Part shown: piece by piece, positions 49,781 through 61,700 of the stretch
Numbering within the stretch: the first letter of the stretch is position 1
Layout of the letters: each line of letters starts with the position of its first letter
Assembly (NCBI RefSeq): GCF_009914755.1
Contig: NC_060937.1
Origin: the human T2T-CHM13v2.0 reference genome, Homo sapiens
Length of the DNA: 64,000 bases
Reading direction: 5' to 3' (one strand)
The notes under the pieces: generated by a model
Databases searched by the model: none
The model's input: only the letters and a program-made list of their open reading frames with translations
Told to the model about the DNA's origin: nothing
Translations under genes and position numbers: made by a program

Positions 49781-52700
49781 GTACATAAAATATGAAAATA
49801 CATCCAATATAGATTATATACTGTACATAAAATACCAAAGTACCCCAAATATATATTTTATACTGTACATGAAATATCAAATTCACAAGCTATATATTAT
49901 ATACTGTACATAAAATATCAAAGTACCCTAGGTATATATTCTATACTGTACAAAAAATATCAAAGTACCCAAAGCATGTATTATATACTGTACATAAAAT
50001 ATGAAATTACATCAAATATATATTTTATTCTGTACATAAAATATCAAAGTAAACCAAATATATATTCTATACTGTACATAAAATATCAAAGTACCCATAC
50101 TATACATTATATACTGTAAATAAAATATGAAATTACATCAAATATATATTATATTAGGTACATAAAATATGAAAGTACATCAAATATATATTATATACTG
50201 TACATAAAATACCAAAGTACCCCAAATATATATTTTATACTGTACATGAAATATCAAAGTTCACAAACTATATATTATATACTGTACATAAAATATCAAA
50301 GTACCCAAGGTATATATTCTATACTGTACAAAAAATATCAAAGTACCCAAACATGTATTATATACTGTACATGAAATATGAAAGTACATCAAATATATAT
50401 TTTATTCTGTACATAAAATATCAAAGTACACCAAATATATATTCTATACTGTACATAAAATATTAAAGTACCCAAACTATACATTATATACTGTACATAA
50501 AATATGAAATTACATCAAATATATATTATATTAGGTACACAAAATATGAAAATACATCCAATATAGATTATATACTGTACATAAAATACCAAAGTACCCC
50601 AAATGTATATTTTATACTGTACATGAAATATCAAAGTTCACAAGCTATATATTATATACTGTACATAAAATATCAAAATACTCAAGGTATATATTCTATA
50701 CTCTACAAAAAATATCAAAGTACCCAGAGCATGTATTATATACTGTACATAAAATATGAAAGTACATGAAATATATATTTTATTGTGTACAAAAAATATC
50801 AAAGTACACCAAATATATATTCTATACTGTACATAAAATATCAAAGTACCCAAACTATACATTATATACTGTACATAAAATATGAAATTACATCAAATAT
50901 ATATTATATTAGGTACAGAAAATATGAAAGTACATCAAATATAGATTATATACTCTACATAAAATATCAAAGTACCCCAAATATATATAATATACTGTAC
51001 ATGAAATATCAAAGTTCACAAACTATATATTATATACTGTACATAAAATATGAATGTACCCAAGGTATATATTCTATACTATACAAAAAGTATCAAAGTA
51101 CCCAAAACATGTATTATATACTGTACATAAAATATGAAAGTGCATCAAATATATATTTTATTCTGTACATAAAATATCAAAGTACACCAAATATATATTC
51201 TATACTGTACATAAAATATCAAAGTACCCAAACTATACATTATATACAGTACATAAAATATGAAATTACATCAAATATATATTAGTTACATAAAATATGA
51301 AAGTACATCAAATATAGATTATATCCTGTACATAAAATACCAAAGTTCCCCAAATAAATATTTTATACTGTACATGAAATATCAAAGTTCACAAACTATA
51401 TATTATATAATGCACATAAATTATCAAATCACCCAAGGTATATATTCTATACTGTACAAAAAATATCAAAGTACCCAAAGCATGTATTATATACTGTACA
51501 TAAAATATGAAAGTACATCAAATATATATTTTATTCTGTACATAAAATATCAAAGTACACCAAATATATATTCTATAGTGTACATAAAATATCAAAGTAC
51601 CCAAACTATACATTATATACTGTACATAAAATATGAAATTACATCAAATATATATTATATTAGGTACATAAAATATGAAAGTACATCAAATATAGATTAT
51701 ATACTGTACATAAAATACCAAAGTACCCCAAATATATATATTATATTGTACATGAAATATCAAAGTTCACAAACTATATATTATATACTGTACATAAAAT
51801 ATCAAAGTACCCAAGGTATATATTCTATACTGTACAAAAAATATCAAAGTACCCAAAGCATGTATTATATACTGTACATAAAACATGAAAGTACATGAAA
51901 TATATATTTTATTGTGTACAAAAAATATCAAAGTACACCAAATATATATTCTATACTGTACATAAAATATCAAAGTACCCAAACTATACATTATATACTG
52001 TACATAATATATGAAATTACATCAAATATATATTAGTTACATAAAATATGAAAGTACATCAAATATAGATTATATACTGTACATAAAATACCAAAGTACC
52101 CCAAATAAATAATTTATACTGTACATGAAATATCAAAGTTCACAAACTATATATTATATACTGCACATAAAATATCAAATCACCCAAGGTATATATTCTA
52201 TACTGTACAAAAAATATCAAAGTACCCAAAGCATGTATTATATACTGTACATAAAATATGAAAGTACATCAAATATATATTTTATTCTGTACATAAAATA
52301 TCAAAGTACACCAAATATATATTCTATAGTGTACAAAAAATATCAAAGTACCCAAACTATACATTATATACTGTACATAAAATATGAAATTACATCAAAT
52401 ATATATTATATTAGGTACATAAAATATGAAAGTACATGAAATATATATTATATACTGTACATAAAATACCAAAGTACCCCAAATATATATATTATATTGT
52501 ACATGAAATATCAAAGTTCACAAACTATATATTATATACTGTACATAAAATATGAATGTATCCAAGGTATATATTCTATACTATACAAAAAGTATCAAAG
52601 TTCCCAAAACATGTATTATATACTGTACATAAAATATGAAAGTGCATCAAATATATATTTTATTCTGTACATAAAATATCAAAGTACACCAAATATATAT

Positions 52701-55700
52701 TCTATACTGTACAAAAAATATCAAAGCACCCAAACTATACATTATGTACTGTACATAAAATATGAAATTACATCAAATATATATTAGTTACATAAAATAT
52801 GAAAGTACATCAAATATAGATTATATCCTCTACGTAAAATACCAAAGTACCCCAAATAAATATTTTATACTGTACATGAAATATCAAAGTTCACAAACTA
52901 TATATTATATACTGCACATAAAGTATCAAATCACCCAAGGTATATATTCTATACTATACAAAAAATATCAAAGTACCCAAAGCATGTATTATATACTGTA
53001 CATAAAATAGGAAAGTACATCAAATATATATTTTATTCTGTACATAAAATATCAAAGTACACCAAATATATATTCTATAGTGTACATAAAATATCAAAGT
53101 ACCCAAACTATACATTATATACTGTACATAAAATATGAAATTACATCAAATATATATTATATTAGGTACAGAAAATATGAAAGTACATCAAATATAGATT
53201 ATATACTCTACATAAAATATCAAAGTACCCCAAATATATATAATATACTGTACATGAAATATCAAAGTTCACAAACTATATATTATATACTGTACATAAA
53301 ATATGAGTGTACCCAAGGTATATATTCTATACTATACAAAAAGTATCAAAGTACCCAAAACATGTATTATATACTGTACATAAAATATGAAAGTGCATCA
53401 AATATATATTTTATTCTGTACATAAAATATCAAAGTACACCAAATATATATTCTATACTGTACATAAAATATCAAAGTACCCAAACTATACATTATATAC
53501 AGTACATAAAATATGAAATTACATCAAATATATATTAGTTAAGTAAAATATGAAAGTACGTCAAATATAGATTATATACTGTACATAAAATACCAAAGTA
53601 CCCCAAATATATATATTATATTGTACATGAAATATGAAAGTTCACAAACTATATATTATATACTATACATAAAATATCAAAGTACCCAAGGTATATATTC
53701 TATACTGTACAAAAATATCAAAGTACCCAAAGCATGTATTATATACTGTACATAAAATATGAAAGTACATCAAATATATATTTTATTCTGTACATAAAAT
53801 ATCAAAGTACACCAAATATATATTCTATAGTGTACATAAAATATCAAAGTACCCAAACTATACATTATATACTGAACATAAACTATGAAATTACATCAAA
53901 TATATATTATATTAGGTACATAAAATATGAAAGTACATCAAATATAGATTATATACTGTACATAAAATACCAAAGTACCCCAAATATAGTTTATACTGTA
54001 CATGAAATATCAATGTTCACAAACTATATATTATATACTGTACATAAAATATCAAAGTAGTCAAGGTATATATTCTATACTGTACAAAAAATATCAAAGT
54101 ACCCAAAGTATGTATTATATACTGTACATAAAATATGAAAGTACATGAAATATATATTTTATTGTGTACAAACAATATCAAAGTACACCAAATATATATT
54201 CTATACTGTACATAAAATATCAAAGTACCCAAACTATACATTATATACTGTACATATAATATGAAATTACATCAAATATATATTAGTTACATAAAATATG
54301 AAAGTACATCAAATATAGATTATATACTGTACATAAAATACCAAAGTACCCCAAATATATATATTATATTGTACATGAAATATCAAAGTTCACAAACTAT
54401 ATATTATATACTGTACATAAAATATCAAAGTACCCAAGGTATATATTCTATACTGTACAAAAAATATCAAAGTACCCAAAGCATGTATTATATACTGTAC
54501 ATAAAATATGAAAGTACATCAAATATATATTTTATTCTGTACATAAAATATCAAAGTACACCAAATATATATTCTATACTGTACATAAAATATCAAAGTA
54601 CCCAAACTATACATTATATACTGTACATAAAATATGAAATTTCATCAAATATATATTATGTTATGTACAGAAAATATGAAAATACATCAAATATAGATTA
54701 TATACTGTACATAAAATACCAAAGTACCCCAAATATGTATTTTATACTGTACAAGGAATATCAAAGTTCACAAACTATATATTATATACTGTACAAAAAA
54801 TATCAAAGTACTCAAGTTATATATTCTATACTGTACAAAAAATATCAAAGTACCCAAAGCATGTATTATATACTGTACATAAAATATGAAAGTACATGAA
54901 ATATATATTTTATTCTGTACATAAAATATCAAAGTACACCAAATATATATTCTATAGTGTACATAAAATATCAAAGTACCCAAACTATACCTTATATACT
55001 GTACATAAAATATGAAATTACATCAAATATATATTATATTAGGTACATAAAATATGAAAGTACATCAAATATAGATTATATACTGTACATAAAATACCAA
55101 AGTACCCCAAATATATATTTTATACTGTACATGAAATATCAAAGTTCACAAACTATATATTATATACTGTACATAAAATATCAAAGTACCCAAGGTATAT
55201 ATTGTATACTGTACAAAAAATATCAAAGTACCCAAACATGTATTATATACTGTACATGAAATATGAAAGTACATCAAATATATATTTTATTCTGTACATA
55301 AAATATCAAAGTACACCAAATATATATTCTATAGTGTACATAAAATATCAAAGTACCCAAACTATACCTTATATACTGTACATAAAATATGAAATTACAT
55401 CAAATATATATTATATTAGGTACAGAAAATATGAAAGTACATCAAATATAGATTATATACTGTATATAAAATATCAAAGTACCCAAGGTATATATTCTAT
55501 ACTGTACATGAAATATCAAAGTTCACAAACTATATATTATATACTGTACATAAAATATCAAAGTACCCAAGGTATATATTCTATACTGTACAAAAAATAT
55601 CAAAGTACCCAAACATGTATTATATACTGTACATGAAATATGAAAGTACATCAAATATATATTTTATTCTGTACATAAAATATCAAAGTACACCAAATAT

Positions 55701-58700
55701 ATATTATATAGTGTACATAAAATATCAAAGTACCCAAACTATACCTTATATACTGTACATAAAATATGAAATTACATCAAATATATATTATATTAGGTAC
55801 ATAAAATATGAAAGTACATCAAATATAGATTATATACTGTACATAAAATACCAAAGTACCCCAAATATATATTTTATACTGTACATGAAATATCAAAGTT
55901 CACAAACTATATATTATATACTGTACATAAAATATCAAAGTACCCAAGGTATATATTCTATACAGTACAAAAAATATCAAAGTACCCAAACATGTATTAT
56001 ATACTGTACATGAAATATGAAAGTACATCAAATATATATTTTATTCTGTACATAAAATATCAAAGTACACCAAATATATATTCTATAGTGTACATAAAAT
56101 ATCAAAGTACCCAAACTATACATTATATACTGTACATAAAATATGAAATTACATCAAATATATATTATATTAGGTACATAAAATATGAAAGTACATCAAA
56201 TATAGATTATATACTGTACATAAAATACCAAAGTACCCCAAATATATATTTTATACTGTACATGAAATATCAAAGTTCACAAACTATATATTATATACTG
56301 TACATAACATATAAAAGTACCCAAGGTATATATTCTATACTGTACAAAAAATATCAAAGTACCCAAACATGTATTATATACTGTACATGAAATATGAAAG
56401 TACATCAAATATATATTTTATTCTGTATATAAAATATCAAAGTACACCAAATATATATTCTATAGTGTACATAAAATATCAAAGTACACAAACTATACCT
56501 TATATACTCTACATAAAATATGAAATTACATCAAATATATATTATATTAGGTACATAAAATATGAAAGTACATCAAATATAGATTATATACTGTACATAA
56601 AATACCAAAGTACCCCAAATATATATTTTATACTGTACATGAAATATCAAAGTTCACAAACTATATATTATATACTGTACATAAAATATCAAAGTACCCA
56701 AGGTATATATTCTATACTGTACAAAAAATATCAAAGTACCCAAACATGTATTATATACTGTACATAAAATATGAAAGTACATCAAATATATATTTCATTC
56801 TGTACATAAAATATCAAAGTACACCAAATATATATTCTATAGTGTACATAAAATATCAAAGTACCCAAACTATACATTATATACTGTACCTAAAATATGA
56901 AATTACATCAAATATGTATTATATTAGGTAAATAAAATATGAAAGTACAACAAATATAGATTATGTAATGTACATAAAATACCAAATAACCCCAAATATA
57001 TATTTTACACTGTACATGCAATATCAAAGCTCACAAACTATATATTATATACTGTACATAAAATATCAAAGTACAGAAGGTATATATTCTATACTGTACA
57101 AAAAATATCAAAGTACCCAAAGCATGTATTAAATACTGTACATAAAATATGAAAGTACATCAAATATATATTTTATTCTGTACATAAAATATCAAAGTAC
57201 ACCAAATATATATTCTATAGTGTACATAAAATATCAAAGTACCCAAACTCTACATTATATACTGTACATAAAATATGAAATTACATCAAATCTATATAAC
57301 ATTAGGTACATAAAATATGAAAGTACATCAAATATAAATTATATACTGTACATAAAATACCAAAGTACCCCAAATATATATTATATACTGTACATGAAAT
57401 ATCAAAGTTCACAAACTATATATTATATACTGTACATAAAATATCAAAGTACCCAAGGTATATATTCTATACTGTACAAAAAATATCAAAGTACCCAAAG
57501 CATGTATTATATACTGTATATAAAATATGAAAGTACATCAAATATATATTTAATTGTGTACATAAAATATCAAAGTACACCAAATATGTATTCTATAGTG
57601 TACATAAAATATCAAAGTACCCAAACTATACATTATATACTGTACATAAAATATGAAATTACATCAAATATATATTATATTAGGTACATAAAATATGAAA
57701 GTACATCAAATATAGATTATATACTGTACATAAAATACCAAAGAACCCCAAATATATATTATATACTGTACATGAAATATCAAAGTTCACAAACTATATA
57801 TTATATACTGTACATAAAATATCAAAGTACCCAAGGTATACATTATATACTGTACACAAAATATGAAATTACATCAAATATATGTTATATTAGGTACATA
57901 AATTATGAAAGTACATCAAATATAAATTATATACTGTACATAAAATATCAAATTACCTCAAATATATATTATATACTGTACATGAAATATCAAAGTTCAC
58001 AAACTATATATTATATACTGTACATAAAATATCAAAGTACCCAAGGTATATATTCTATACTGTACAAAAAATATCAAAGTACCCAAACATGTATTATATA
58101 CTGTTCATAAAATATGAAAGTACATCAAATATATATTTAATTCTTTACATAAAATATCAAAGTACACCAAATATATATTCTATAGTGTACATAAAATATC
58201 AAAGTACCCAAACTATACATTACATACTGTACATGAAATATGAAATTACATCAAATATATATTATATTAGTTACATAAAATATGAAAGTACATCAAATAT
58301 AGATTATACACTGTACATAAAATACCAAAGAACCCCAAATATATATTATATACTGTACATGAAATATCAAAGTTCACAAACTATATATTATATACTGTAC
58401 ATAAAATATCAAAGTACCCAAGGTATATATTCTGTACTGTACAAAAAATATCAAAGTACCCAAAGCATGTATTATATACTGTACATAAAATATGAAAGTA
58501 CATCAAATATATATTTAATTCTGTACATAAAATATCAAAGTACACCAAATATATATTCTATACTGTACATAAAATATCAAAGTACCCAAACTATACATTA
58601 TATACTGTACATAAAATATGAAATTACATCAAATATATATTATATTAGGTACAGAAAATATGAAAGTACATCAAATATAGATTATATAATGTACATAAAT

Positions 58701-61700
58701 CACCAAAGTACCCCAAATATATATTTTATACTGTACATGAAATATCAAACTTCAGAAACTATATATTATATACTGTACATAAAATATCAAAGTACTGAAA
58801 GTATATATTCTATACTGTACAAAAAATATCAAAGTACCCAAAGCATGTATTATATACTGTACATGAAATATGAAAGTACATCAAATATATATTTTATTCT
58901 GTACATAAAATATCAAAGTACACCAAATATATATTCTTTACTGTACATAAAATATCAAAGTACCCAAACTATACATTATATACTTTACATAAAATATGAA
59001 ATTACATCAAATATATATTATATTAGGTACATAAAATATGAAAGTACATCAAATATAGATTATATACTGTACATAAAATACCAAAGTACCCCAAATATAT
59101 ATTTTATACTGTACATGAAATATCAAAGTTCACAAACTATATATTATATACTGTACATAAAATATCAAAGTACTCAAGGTATATATTCTATACTGTACAA
59201 AAAATATCAAAGTACCCAAAGCATGTATTATATACTGTACATAAAATATGAAAGTACATGAAATATATATTTTATTGTGTACAAAAAATATCAAAGTACA
59301 CCAAATATATATTCTATACTGTACATAAAATATCAAAGTACCCAAACTATACATTATATACTGTACATAAAATATGAAATTACATCAAATATATATTAGT
59401 TACATAAAAAATGAAAGTAGATCAAATATAGATTATATCCTGTACATAAAATACCAAAGTACCCCAAATAAATATTTTATACTGTACATGAAATATCAAA
59501 GTTCACAAACTATATATTATATACTGCACATAAAATATCAAATCACCCAAGGTATATATTCTATACTGTACAAAAAATATCAAAGTACCCAAACATGTAT
59601 TATATACTGTACATGAAATATGAAATTACATCAAATATATATTTTATTCTGTACATAAAATATCAAAGTACACCAGATATATATTCTATAGTGTACATAA
59701 AATATCAACGTACCCAAACTATACATTATATACTGTACATAAAATATGAAATTACATCAAATATATATTATATTAGGTACATAAAATATGAAAGTATATC
59801 AAATATAGATTATATACTGTACATAAAATATCAAAGTACCCCAAATATATATTATATACTCTACATGAAATATCAAAGTTCACAAACTATATATTATATA
59901 CTGTACATAAAATATCAAAGTACCCAAGGTATATATTCTATACTGTACAAAAAATATCAAAGTATCCAAAGCATGTATTATATACTGTATATAAAATATG
60001 AAAGTACATTAAATATATATTTTATTCTGTACATAAAATATCAAAGTACACCAGATATATATTCTATAGTGTACATAAAATAACAAAGTACGCAAACTAT
60101 AAATTATATACTGTACATAAAATATGAAATTACATCAAATATATATTAGGTACATAAAATATGAAAATACATCCAATATAGATTATATACTGTACATAAA
60201 ATACCAAAGTACCCCAAATATATATTTTATACTGTACATGAAATATCAAATTCACAAGCTATATATTATATACTGTACATAAAATATCAAAGTACCCTAG
60301 GTATATATTCTATACTGTACAAAAAATATCAAAGTACCCAAAGCATGTATTATATACTGTACATAAAATATGAAAGTACATCAAATATATATTTTATTTT
60401 GTACATAAAATATTAAAGTACACCAAATATATATTCTATAGTGTACATAAAATATCAAAGTACCCAAACTATACATTATATACTGTACATAAAATATGAA
60501 ATTACATCAAATATATATTATATTAGGTACATAAAATATGAAAGTACATCAAATATAGATTATATACTGTACATAAAATACCAAAGTACCCCAAATATAT
60601 ATATTATATTGTACATGAAATATCAAAGTTCACAAACTATATATTATATACTGTACATAAAATATCAAAGTACCCAAGGTATATATTCTATACTGTACAA
60701 AAAATATCAAAGTACCCAAAGCATGTATTATATACTGTACATAAAACATGAAAGTACATGAAATATATATTTTATTGTGTACAAAAAATATCAAAGTACA
60801 CCAAATATATATTCTATACTGTACATAAAATATCAAAGTACCCAAACTATACATTATATACTGTACATAAAATATGAAATTACATCAAATATATATTATA
60901 TTAGGTACAGAAAATATGAAAGTACATCAAATATAGATTATATACTCTACATAAAATATCAAAGTACCCCAAATATATATAATATACTGTACATGAAATA
61001 TCAAAGTTCACAAACTATATATTATATACTGTACATAAAATATGAATGTACCCAAGGTATATATTCTATACTATACAAAAAGTATCAAAGTACCCAAAAC
61101 ATGTATTATATACTGTACATAAAATATGAAAGTGCATCAAATATATATTTTATTCTGTACATAAAATATCAAAGTACACCAAATATATATTCTATACTGT
61201 ACAAAAAATATCAAAGTACCCAAAACATGTATTACATACTGTTCATAAAATATGAAAGTACATCAAATATATATTTTATTCTGTACATAAAATATCAAAG
61301 TACACCAAATATATATTCTATAGTGTACATAAAATATCAAAGTACCCAAACTATACATTATATACTGTACATAAAATATGAAATTACATCAAATATATAT
61401 TATATTAGGTACATAAAATATGAAAGTACATCAAATATAGATTATACACTGTACATAAAATACCAAAGAATCCCAAATATATATTATATACTGTACATGA
61501 AATATCAAAGTTCACAAACTATATATTATATACTGTACATAAAATATCAAAGTACCCAAGGTATATATTCTATACTCTACAAAAAATATCAAAGTACCCA
61601 AAGCATGTATTATATACTGTTCAAAAAATATGAAAGTACATCAAATATATATGTTATTCTGTACATAAAATATCAAAGTACACAAAATATATATTCTATA

